Assembly: GCA_951804945.1 (NCBI GenBank)
Contig: OX638152.1
Coordinates: 48,794,001 to 48,858,000, forward strand
Length of the DNA: 64,000 bases
Direction: 5' to 3'
Source: Podarcis cretensis
Lineage: Eukaryota
The stretch's first letter is position 1; each line of letters begins with the position of its first letter. Shown here in pieces: positions 21,275 through 33,096 of the stretch. The notes beneath the pieces are model-generated. The model was given only the letters and a program-made list of their open reading frames with translations. It was not told the DNA's origin and did not search any database. A program made the translations under genes and the position numbers.

Positions 21275-23039
21275 GCAAAGGAACAAACTGTTAGTGTTTA
21301 TATATATTCAAATTCAGTTCAAAATGCTTGGGGTCCTTGTTATTATTATATTTCTTTTATTTATTATGTATTTATTATCAGAGTTTACAGCAGTCCAGCA
21401 AGGTAGGCCAGTATTATCATACCCATATTGCTGAAACTTACGGCTTGCTTAATGCATCACAGTGAGTTTATGGAAGACATGATATTCAAATCAAACACTG
21501 TTAGGCTCACAGTTCAAGCTTATTCATGTCTACTCAGAAGCAAGACCCACTGAGTTCAGTGGGAGTTGGTCCCCGGTAAGTTTGTAGCTTTTGTTATTAT
21601 GCCTAAGCAGTTGGTGAGGCTGGCCCAAGACACTTTGCTGCCTGGAGCGAAGGGCAAAATGGCGCCTCTTCTCATTCCACACAAGAAGCCAACTGGACTG
21701 ACAGCTGAATATGAACTCAACAATGGTGATAGGATTGTGACTGAGGAAGGAGGTTAGTTTTGGGAGGGAAACATGTCATGTAGCATATTTACAACTTTGT
21801 CATCCAGAAGGGAATGGCCAGTTGGCTTAGAAAGAACAAGGGGTCTGCTGCTCTTCCTCCTCTATAGCACCTGCCACCTGTCTCACTTGGCCTAATGATA
21901 GGGCCGGTCCTCGTACATTTCCAGAGAGAACTTGTGTTTTCATATGGCCTCAGGCAGTTGAAGACAGTTTCTTCACAACAATTAATTCACTGCAATACAC
22001 CTTTACATCACAACCAGGCTTTGAAATTCCATTATTAACACGCTTGTCATATGGATGTGAGGAATTTGTTGGTTGGGCATAAGAAATGAAAGCAATTTGT
22101 CTCAGGATGTTCCCATGCAAATGTATTTGCTGCATTAGAAACAAATGAGAGAAAAGCATCATTATTGTAAGAAGAAAACTATTATAAATTGTAAAATCAA
22201 CATGCCTTTTATTTGTTGAGTGAAGGACAGAGTCATGTAACCCCATCCCAGCACCTACATGTATTCACATGAGTGCAAAACCTTTTATTCAGACAGGAAA
22301 TGCAGGGAAGTCCTCTTTCAGTACTGGCAAGCTAGAAGGACATCTGCATTAGGATGCAAGACTGACATGAGATTTTGAGTGGTACAGGTGCATTGAGAAT
22401 CAGACTGCACCTGTCAATGTACCTAGGAGAGTTTTCTCTTTCTCAGAATTGCCTGCTCTTTGAAATTTAAATCAGTCCGCTTACATTTCCTCCTCAGACG
22501 CACTGAGCATATCAGTTCTCGCTTCTGTCTTCAGGAAGAGGTCTCATAATCCCTGAAAATGATTGAGAGGCCGTTCTTTGTTTCGTGTATATTATTTACA
22601 GTTTTGATTTACTTAAACTATTAGTATATACCATCTTCCACTGGAATTGGTTCTGGGGGGGGGGTTGCACTTATAAAACATCAAAGCTATGTGATCACAA
22701 ACAAATCAGCAGGGTAAGCAGACAATCTGTCAGATTTAAAAATGCCTAAATTTAAAAAGTCAGGAAGAACCTTCCCTGTCCTTGAGACTCAACCTCAATC
22801 AGTCTTGACCATGCACTATGCTGGCTGGGGATGTTGGGGATATTGTCTAAGAACATTTGAGACCCAACATTGGGGAAGATAAAGCAAAATAAGAATATAT
22901 ATATTAATTACTTGGTGCCTAATGGATAGCAATGTTAGTGCTAGGTAAGACTGCCTGAGGAATATATTCTTTTGAAGGGCCCCCCCCAGCCTTTTCACTC
23001 ACTTCGCTTCTAACAAAGGAGGAACAGAGAGACGTTCCT

Positions 23040-23600
23040 CAGATAATAATCTGAGAGTATAGGTACAGTAGGTACCTACCTCCCACACTGATTAATGCAT
23101 TCAAAGTCAATGCAAGCACTTTTGACTGGGATTAGAAGCAAGCAGGCAGCTAGTGAAGCTATTTTAACGCTGGTGCAATATAATCCCAAATGGGCTGTTC
23201 CAGGAAAAGTCCTGGCATATGTATTCTGTACTAGCTGAAGCTTCCAAACCATCTTCAAAAGCAAGCCCACATATAACACTGTATGCAAGTCCAATCAGGA
23301 GATCATCAGGGAATAGATGACTGTCACAGAACCAAGAGAGAGAACTCCATAAGCCCCTGAGCGAATGTCAATGTTATTAGCCCCAGAGAAGGGGAATCCT
23401 TTCCAAAATACACCAGACATCAATAAAATTTGGCACTTTTTGAGAAAAAGCAAGCTGCTTTCTTTCTTGTGTTTGTGGTGATCAACGTGCCTTCCCTCTG
23501 TTTCCCCATAAATGACTGTGGCCAAATGATCCCTGTTCAGCAGAGGCAGCAGCTGGCAAGCCAGCCAAAGCTGATAAAAAGCACTTTAGTGACAAAGCTA
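23040..23600 (-). mobile_element. Degenerate L2 fragment
   Basis: Translations LYVGLLLKMVWKLQLVQN and ATVIY resemble L2 LYVGLPLRLTQKLQRVQN and ATVIH. Boundaries approximate. Confidence 0.6.
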
Positions 23601-24508
23601 GATCCTCCAACCTGATCTATCAGGGGAATTACAACTCCATTCTGTAGAGGTTGAATGCCTTCGCTCTACTATCTGTCCACAGTGCCTCCACATTATCTGG
23701 ACTGAAATTCAGGTTTTTTTATCCTCATCCTGCTGATCTCCGATTACAGACTCAAGGTACTGCCCACCAGGTGAGGCCTCTGACTGGCCCATTTGAAGGT
23801 GGCATTCAGGTGGGAAGTCCTGCCTTGAGATCACACAGCCATGGGAATTCCTAAACAGCCCACAAGCATTTGAGAGCTGTCTGCTGGGATGCCGGTGGAA
23901 TGCGAGGGGCCACAACTGCTGCCCACCTGGAAAAGGTGAACGTCCACTCCAGACTCAAATGACATGGAAAAATAAAGCTCAGTGTTGTCAGAGTCCTGAT
24001 GCCATCTCACTGGAAAGCCTTGGATTGACCACACCCAGCAGCTTCATTTACATATTTAAATGAGAGAATAAGATGGAATCTTGTGGGATCAATAGTACAA
24101 ATGCTAAGGGATTAAGGATGTCATCCTAGACAACTCTGTGGAACTGGCCTGAAGTAAGAGCACTCCCCACTTTCAAAGGTCAAGAAGTCAAGAAGAACCA
24201 ACAGGGTCTTTCCTTGCCATAGAAGATGGAAGTCTGAATGACTAGAAGGCTCACTGGCCAAGGATAACCTCAGGCTGCACTAGATCTCTGAAGTTCTCCC
24301 GAGGTTTTCCAGATAATCTTCCCCGGGAATAAAATTCACAACCTCGCTCTGTCCTCTGCATCATGAACTTTGTTGGAGCTATAGGCAGGACAACTAAGGT
24401 AGATCTGAACCATGTACAATTCCAGAGTATTTTCCAGAACATTTCTAGAAAGTGTGAGTAGAACTGCTTTCAACAAGCCAAGAATGGCGGAGAATGCTCT
24501 TGCTATTA

Positions 24509-24742
24509 CAGTGGTACCTCTGGTTACAAACTTAATTCATTCCGGAGGTCCATTCTTAACGTGAAACCGTTCTTAACCTGAGGTACCAATTTAGCTAATG
24601 GGGCCTCCTGCTGCCGCTGCCGCGCAATTTCTGTTCTCATCCTGAGGTAAAGTTCTTAACCCGAGGTACTACTTCCGGGTTAGCGGAGTCAGTAACCCAA
24701 AGTGTTTGTAACCCGAGGTGTTTGTAACTTGAGGTATCACTG
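24509..24742. mobile_element. Tigger-like MITE
   Basis: TA|CAGTGGTACCTC ... GAGGTATCACTG|TA. Opposite orientation to the 4115 copy. Confidence 0.88.
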
Positions 24743-25268
24743 TATTGATCTTCTGTGAGTTTGTGAATTTGTAAAATGAAAAGTTTAGGCTCTGTGCTTA
24801 TCTGGACATAACTCTACATCCTTCCCCAAACCTGAAAGATATTCTCCCAAATTTCAGACATAACAGAAATTTATAATGATTAGTCTGTCATGATGAAATT
24901 TACACATGAACAGAGATTATAGCTTCACATTTTCAGAACTTAGCTATGTATTTCAAATATGGGTTGAAACGTTAATTTTTATTTTTCTCTATTGTTGGAA
25001 TACTTTTAATTTAGAGGAAGAATCAACTATTCATTGATAATAGTTAAATTTATTTTTGTAATGAGGAAAACTACATGCAACTGGAAGCAAGTTATCCTCA
25101 CATTTTAACATTTTTGTGTGTTTAGATTTTGGCAACAAATGTGTAGGTGTTAACAATACATGAGTTCAAAAACGTATGTTATTTGGTGTGGCTTAATTTC
25201 TAAATTGCTTGTCTGAAAATGATACTCGGGACCTCTTAATATGGCAGCTCTTTCCCTGATCATAATTG

Positions 25269-25271
<3 letters not shown>

Positions 25272-25299
<28 letters not shown>
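25272..25299 (+). repeat. (TAT)n microsatellite
   Basis: About 9 units. Confidence 0.9.
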
Positions 25300-25300
<1 letters not shown>

Positions 25301-27969
25301 GAGTGGAAGAGACTCTGTGCATGTGTAATGACACACTTTCCTAAATAAGTACCGTACAAGTCCTATTGTGATGAAAATACCAAAGTTAATAATTGCAGCC
25401 AAGTCAAAATGTTACCAGCCATTCCAGCTATAGGCCTTTAGTCCACATGCTTCTCCACTGATTCCTGGATATTCTAAACCTACTTTACTCTCAAGGGAAG
25501 CTGCCCAAAAGCTGGAGAGAGTTTCCTTGTCAAAAAACATTTTGAAAAATAGGAGGTACAAATGTTTCACCCATGAACCCACGTTTCATGCCCATAATAA
25601 AGCTCAAGGTTTCTAGTTTCACTTGAGTTACAGATATGCCTAGGGCTTAGGCACCAATTATTCAGAGAAAAGTAACTGACCAAGCTTCCAAGAAAAGGGA
25701 GGGAGCAAAATGGGAAATAATTCATTATTCTATTCACACTGCTAGGGAATAGGAAGGAGTGTTTGATTACACAGCTTCTTTCATGACCAAACTAGCTTTG
25801 GCATGTGAGGCTTTTGCGATTCAATTCACGAGGGGAAAAGATTTCCTCTTCAAGCACATTCAGAAATTCAAGATTCTTAATTCTTCTCCGGATAGTGCAT
25901 TTCTTCACGAACAGTGAGATGGTGGCTCAAAGACTAATGCATTCTAACTGCCTGTCTTCTGCCCTAAATAAACTCTCCTAGATTTAAGGCACAAGAGAAT
26001 GAAAAGCAATGAAATGAAATCATATAGATAGTTAAACCTGCACTAAAGAGATTCTGAAGATACAGCCTTATCTGAGGTATTATTTTGCTGGTTCTTCAGG
26101 TTTTCCCCCTCTTCTGAACTGAAAGGTGGTTTTTGATGCTCAACCAAAGTGTTCAGCAGCAAAATGGCCTTTATTTGTTAGATAAAGATAGAGGTTTTGT
26201 TGAACTTCAGCATTTCAATGTTCAGTCAACCCTGTCTCAAAGATCTGAAGGAAGGCAACCAGTGCTTGGGGAAAAAACACATTAAATATTAAATGGTCCA
26301 AATATTGCACACACCATTTATTTTAGTTGTGACTGTATTAATAATTCTTCATCCCGACAATGAAATAAATTGTCATTTTTCACTTGAAGTTCAATTTCTT
26401 TCATTGTGATAGACAGTAATGTTGCACTCTAAATCCTCTCAGCCTTTACTCCATAATAAGAAAACACATGTAAAAGAGGGAAATAACCTACTTCCAGTGT
26501 TTTCTTATTCCCCATAACTATTTGTTGGCGTTTGTATATTTAATTTCCTTTGTGGTTTTAAAATTTGCTCCCTTTGATGCTAAGGATTTGACAGATTAAT
26601 AACCTCAAATTATTTAACAATCTCCCATCTTTTTTTTTTAATCTCACCAGCTGTAATTTAATCTTTGATATGTAGTATACACTTGAGACTTTGTGAGGGC
26701 ATGTTAAACTGTGAATCATTTGCAATAACTCTCTTGTACGCCAATGCGCTGAGCAGATTTTCTCTCACACCCCAGAGAATTATAACCTTGTTGAATTTCT
26801 GCACAGCAAAATTATGTATATGATTTATTTATTTATTTTCACAATTGGCCTCTATTAGGCAAATAGCACATAATTTGCCAGATTCAAATATAATCCATCT
26901 AATTTGCCCTCAGCTTTCAGGCTATAAAAGAGCTACTTGTCGAGTCATCTTGTCAACCAAAAGCAAGCTTCTCTAAGTGCTTTGGGAAAAGGTAGCAGAG
27001 AATGGAAAATTAGTGAGAATAAATTCCTGGTCCACAGTTTGGACAAAAAGAACACCTCTGCCAGAGACCCAGGAGAGCTGTTGCCCATTCAATATAGTCT
27101 GACCTCATATAAGGCAGCTTCCTATGCTTGATGCTCCATGAATGTCATTAATGCCAAACTGCACACTTGCTGTTACAGCTTTGGAAGGGAGTTCAGACTG
27201 GAGAAGTAGTTGAGGAGAGACTTGTTGATTCTTTTGTGAAATACAAAAATGGACATGGAGGTGCTGGTGGAATGGATCTGAAAAATTCCTGCTAACTGTT
27301 GTTTACTCAGTTTGCTGTTGTTTCTTCTGCGTACTGCACACTTTCCCAAGCCATTCAGAGTGAGGGCCGTGGAAGGACTCTGCAGTGACATTGTAACTGA
27401 AGGCAAATAGAGCTGTCTCATTCTGAATGTGTGGCAATTTTGCTCTTAGTCTTGCCCTGCTGCCCTGGTGGTGTATGGTGAATGTGTGTCCTCCCATTCC
27501 TGCTCTGTCTGAACTTATCAACTGTCCACAACTTGCTCCAAGCAGAGGAGCACTAGCTCTGTTGACTCAGATGCCAGGATGTGTTTTTTCTTCTTCTATT
27601 TCCTCGCACCTAGAGCCTTTTGAACATGGCAGCACCCTTTCACAAAGGGTTGCACAAAGGGTGGGCATGTTCTGTGGTCGTGAGATTCTATGTTGTGCCC
27701 ACTATTTCTGTTCAGCGTTAAGAAGCCCTAAATGTGTGTGTGTGGTTCAGCGTGATTCATATCTGCTCAGGCAACGAGGCTTCTCCTTCCTCTTTTCCCC
27801 ATTGCACCCACTTGTATGCCCCCTAAAATGTTCTCTGTGGGGTTGGGGAACCCACCAGAGCAGATCTAGCAGTTACACATAGAAGGCTTTTCTCCTACTC
27901 TAGGCTACTTGGAATGGATGTTAGATGATCTCTATTATAATTTTAGCTTTATGTTTTATTTTAATTGTT

Positions 27970-29154
27970 TTATATATATATATATATATATTAAAATTTT
28001 TAAACATAATTGCAGAAATAAAAAACAATGAAACATATATCATAACATATTTTCTTAGCTTCATTGGACTCCCTCACGTCTCCCGCTCCCACTTGCATCA
28101 TTGTCAATTCTTACCCGCAATTTATCATCTTGTTTACATTCTTGTATCCCATTCATTTAAAATATAATCTAATAATTCTCCCAAAGGTTTATATTTTTTC
28201 CTCAATCTCACTTGTCATCCAGATTACATCTAGTTTAGTGGTGCTCAATTATTTATGATCTAGCATCCTTCTTGACATTCAACCAAATTACAATGCTTTT
28301 TTAAATAAATCTTAAATTTCTTCCAGTCTTCTTCAACTTTCTCTTCTCCCAGGTCTCAGATTCTGCCGGTCATCTCGGCTAGTTCCATATAGTCTATCAG
28401 CTGCATCTGCCACTCTTCCAGTGTGGGTAGATCTTGGATTTTCCAGTGCTTAGCGATAAGTATCCTTGCTGCTGTTGTTGCATACATAAAAAATGTTCGG
28501 TCCTTCCTTAACACCTTCTGGCCGACAATACCCAAAAGGAAGGCCTCTGGTTTCTTAGTGAAGGTATACTTAAATACCTTTTTCAGCTCATTATATATCA
28601 TTTCCCAGAAAGCCTTCACTCTAGGGCAAGTCCACCAGGGGGGGAAGAATGTTCCTTCATTTTCTTTACATTTCCAACATTTATTATCAGACAAATGGTA
28701 TATTTTGGCAAGTTTAACTGGGGTCATGTACCATCTATATATCATTTTCATTACATTTTCCTTCAAAGCATTACATGCAGTGAAGTTCAACCCAATGGTC
28801 CACAACCTTTCCCAGTCCTCAAACATAATGTTGTGCCCAATGTCTTGTGCCCACTTTATCATAGCCGATTTAACCATTTCATCTTGTGTATTCCATTTTA
28901 ACAGCAAGCTATACATTCTTGAAAGTACCTTAGTCTTAGGCTCTAACAGTTCTGTTTCCAACTTCGATTTCTCCACCTGGAACCCTAACTTTTTGTCATT
29001 TTTAAAGACTTCTTTAATCTGAGCGTAGTGTAACCAGTCTCGCACTTTATCCTTCATTTTCTCCAAACTCTGCAATTTCCAATTGTCTCCATCTTTTTCT
29101 AGTATTTCCCAATATTTTGACCATTTGGCCTCCATATTGGGTCTTTTTCGGGCC
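27970..29154 (-). mobile_element. L1-clade LINE, 5'-truncated 3' fragment
   Basis: 20-bp TSD TATGTTTTATTTTAATTGTT (27950-27969, 29155-29174). The ORF at 28356-29135 has L1 ORF2 C-terminal motifs (YRWYMTP, CWKC..GTFFxxWWTCP, TAARILIAKHWK). (TA)n-type tail. Confidence 0.9.
28356..29135 (-). pseudogene. L1 ORF2 C-terminal remnant (zinc-knuckle region)
   Basis: 259-aa open fragment. The CCHC His position reads Pro (GTFFPPWWTCP). No endonuclease or RT. Confidence 0.8.
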
Positions 29155-30972
29155 TATGTTTTATTTTAATTGTTATCCAGTTTACTGAATTTTATTTTTT
29201 ATTGCTTTAAAAATTATCCTGAGAGCATTGCTGAGCATAGCCTCTTTGTGTACAAAAAGCAATGGGGCAGAGTGAGCTGATTCCTGGCAGGAAAACAACG
29301 TAGAAGGGGAAATGGTTCTTACACAAAAATGCTTCCCATGACCCTGATTTTGCCCAAAATGAATGGACACTACTTCTTGCCATCAACGTTATTATGATGG
29401 TGATGGTGAATAATTCCCTTTTGCATATTTGTCTCATTGCGATTTACAGACATATCCTAAAAACAGCTAATATGGTTTTAAAATCAACAACTGAAGTTAA
29501 TACAGAATGGATACCTAAGGCAGGTACCTTTTCATCCAGCTGGAAAAGCTTGTCAAAGCTAGAGCTACTTCAGCTGTTTTTGGAAAGTGCAGATGGGGGC
29601 ACCTCTCATATATCACAGGAATGCTCTTTCACAGAACAGGGCAGCCACATTGAAAGCCCTGCCCCATGCAGAGTGGGCTTCTGATATTGGCGGGACTTTC
29701 AGGAGAAACTTCAAGGATTTTACTATAGGAAAAGGCTTGGTATGAGAAACCTACGTAGGCCATTTGTGTCGTGAGCAAATGATCTATGAGCTCCCTTTGA
29801 CCAAGTTCCTATGGAAAATGCTGCTGACCAAGTCAAAATGTTAGAGCATCAGAGCCAAACATTAGTCAGATCAGATCAATCCTGACAGTGCTGAGCTTCT
29901 TATCTTTGCACACTGCCCTGGGATAAGCCCCACACCATAGAGGGACTTACATCCAAGTAAACGGGCACTACAATACCCTAAACTCTAAAAACATTAATTA
30001 GCAGTCATATAGAAAAATGCATGTTGCAGAGTCCAGAAAATTAATTACACCAGAAACCCCAAAATGTCTTACAGGTAGACTGTCAAAAATAATGAGCACA
30101 AGATTCAAAATGTATGATTAAATTGTTCCGCAAATGAACAGAATACTTAATTTCTTTCAGTAACATAAGCATTTAAATAATCTATTTAGTCACCCTTGTT
30201 ACATATTAATTCACTATTGGTCAGACCTTAAGCAAGCTATTACATGAGGGTCATTCGAAATGCTGTTCTGATTAGTTAGTCCGTCTCCGCCTGCCATGTA
30301 GGCAAGTTAAGGCTTGTATGAATTTGTCAGAATCATCTTAACTTCATTCTTTTTGTCAGGCATAGGAACTCTTTATTTGCCTCATTTTTTTTCTTAAAGC
30401 ATTTCTACACTTGTCTGTTACATATCCATTTCCATGGAAGCCTCGCCATATTTAAAAGCCATAACCAAACCTATATAGATATATAGGTTTCCACGCTTTT
30501 TGCAGGGGGGTTGTTTTGTTTTGTTTGTTTTTTAAAAGATTTTAACTTACAAAATTGCATTTCCCTTTATGCATCTTTATGGTCTTCTGCGATGAAGTCA
30601 CAGTGCTGACATCATCTTACTGTGAAAATTGCATTGCTGATCAGAAGCGACCCTTGTCAGACGCATACTCAAAGTAAATTTTAAAAGCCCTCTCATTCTT
30701 GAAAAGTAATCCAATGAATGGACTCAGAAATGATGTGAGATGAACAAATTATGAAGATCATTTCATTTTCAGTATAGGTTTGCATGCATTTGTTCTGCCT
30801 CTGGTACTTATCATGGAGGAATCATTGCTTCCAATGGAAGACTTCCTTTCCCTTCCTTCTGAGGACACATTCCAGTAAAAATTAAGCATCTTTAAGGTTT
30901 CAGACTAGGCACACCAAACTGAAAGTCAGCCCTACTGAAAACTGTTAAGATTTAGTTCTAAATAAACATGTA

Positions 30973-31140
30973 CAGTGGTGCCCCGCAAGACGAATGCCTC
31001 GCAAGACGGAAAACCCGCTAGACGAAAAGGTTTTCCGTTTTGGAGGTGCTCCTATGGGCTTGCTTCGCAAGATGAAAATGTCTTGCGAGTTCCTGCGGGG
31101 TTTTTTCCCTCCCCCCCCCTTTTCTAAGCCGCTAAGCCGC
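30973..31140. mobile_element. Tigger-like MITE fragment (different family)
   Basis: TA|CAGTGGTGCCCCGCAAGACGAA terminus with repeated CGCAAGACG motifs. Right end not found. Confidence 0.6.
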
Positions 31141-31832
31141 TTATCTGCTTATCCGATTGCCAGATAGTTTTGATGAACTGCAAATGCATTTTTAGTTTGC
31201 TTTCTGTTGCCACCCTGGACCTTTTCTTTATTAGTGCCACTTTGTTTTGTACAATTCCTTGCAAATGAAGGAAAACAACTTTTCTGCTTGTATATGTTGA
31301 TAACATAATTTTGGTTACTGAGGACAAACAAGACTGCACAAAAACAAGATTGGGTGCAGGCCTGGCCAGGACATAGGTGTCCTGACTGTGACAAAGGTGA
31401 CCTGTGTGTGTGCTTGCCTGCTTGATTAACAGCTGTTGTGATCTTCAAGGTCCCTGCTCTCCCTTCTTATGGTCTTTGCATTGGACCTGGAGACTCCAAT
31501 AGAGAGCATTCCATGTCAAGAAGGAGGGCAAGTGGGCACTCTATCAAATAACAGGGCAGGAGTTACACAGAGCTGGGCCTTTTCACTGGTGGTGCTCATT
31601 ATATGCCTTGCTCTTCCCAAACCTGCTCTCTTTTGGCCTGTATTTTGGAGCTTTATAAATTAGGAAGACTTTGGAAGAGCTGATTGATAAGTCTTATCAG
31701 CTGCTGTTGTATGAGTGGATTTTATTTGCTGCTATTCTGTACTTCTGGTGCACAGGGTTTACACCAGCGTAATAGAGTTGGCCAGGATGCCAGAAGGGAT
31801 ACAATTTATAAGCTTTCTTCATTATCTGCACA

Positions 31833-32348
31833 CATAGGCGCCGACTCCATGGGGCCTGAGGGGGCCCGAGCCCCCTCAAAAATTCGTTTGGGGGGGCTCT
31901 GCCCCCCCAATAATTTAAGAAAATTATTAGTTATATTATGCTTTGTAAAATCACAAAATTATGTTGGTTTTTTTTATTTTCCTTGTTTGACGATAGTTAC
32001 CTTTTAAAATACATTCAGTAATGAGTTAAAACAAAGCCACTCCCGATCTAGAGAGGGGGTGGGGTTGCGGGCTCTCGACACATCAACAATCTTGCGGGGC
32101 TGGCGTCAGCCCCGCGAGAAGCGGGGATTCCCCCTAGCTCATTAATATTCACCGCCCACGGCGGCAGCCAATCGGCTGCCGCAAAGGGCGGGCCCTCACA
32201 GGTTCACTTAAGGTCGGGGCAGCCCGGGGCTCGCCCCTTTCGTTCCCCCAGCAGCAGCGGTTTGGAGGTCTTGGGCCCCCCCAATATTTTTTATAAGTCG
32301 GTATGGGCCCCCGCCCCCCCCAATATTTTTTATAAGTTGGCGCCCCTG
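31833..32348. mobile_element. Non-autonomous hAT DNA transposon
   Basis: TIRs CATAGGCGCCGACT / AGTTGGCGCCCCTG and a perfect 8-bp TSD TCTGCACA (31825-31832, 32349-32356). CpG-rich interior. Confidence 0.9.
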
Positions 32349-32877
32349 TCTGCACAGCAGGGGGGTGTTCCGTCCACAGGGCAAAGGCTGAGCTGAAGCA
32401 TTCCCTGCTGGTTACCTGCTTTCAGCAATAGGGGTCACTGTTTGGTAGTACCCAATTGGTTAGCTGTCAGATTCTAGAGCTCCCTATTGGTGGCTCTTAG
32501 GTAATTCACAAAATACAGAGTCCATTCATAAAACACAATGTTCATTCATAAAGCAGTAACATGCCGGTAATACCCACTTGCCTGGAAGTAAGACCCGCTG
32601 AACTCAGTGGAACTGTTTCTGGATAGATAGGCAAAAGAGCTACTCTCCTGTTGAAATTGATGGGATTTGGAAACAACATATGAGTTGAGTTGTCCCTTTA
32701 AATTCTAAGATACTGCCAGTTAACGTCCAGACATTTTAAAGGTTATATTTGTGCCCTCAAAATCTAGAATCATTTTCCTTGGCACATTTATTTAGAGAGA
32801 CGAGAGAGATTGTTCTCAAAGCAGGAGACCTGAGGTCCTTCAGAAGTTGCTGCTGTCCGTTGATCATGCCGGCTCGG

Positions 32878-33096
32878 CAGCGGCGGAGCTTCATGCTCTG
32901 GCACCGGAGGCAGAGAGCAGAAGGAGGTGGGGGTGGCGTACATCCCGAAAGTGTGGGCGCATGTCCCAGGGGTGTGGCATGCTGCTTGCAGGGGCGTGGC
33001 GCCTGTGGGGGCTGGGTGCCCAGCCGTGATGGCACCCTGGGGATCGTGCTGCCGGGGGCAGTGTGCTCCCCCCGCACTCCTCTTCCTCCGCCAGTG
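32878..33096. mobile_element. hAT MITE nested in an older palindromic MITE
   Basis: TIRs CAGCGGCGGAG / CTCCGCCAGTG and 8-bp TSD CGGCTCGG/CGGCTGGG. The flanks resemble the ..GGAGCCCAACAACATCTGG family. Confidence 0.8.

Noticed and set aside
27427-27882. 151-aa Cys/Leu/Ser-rich ORF
   Set aside because: Composition typical of random non-coding frames. No homology recognised.
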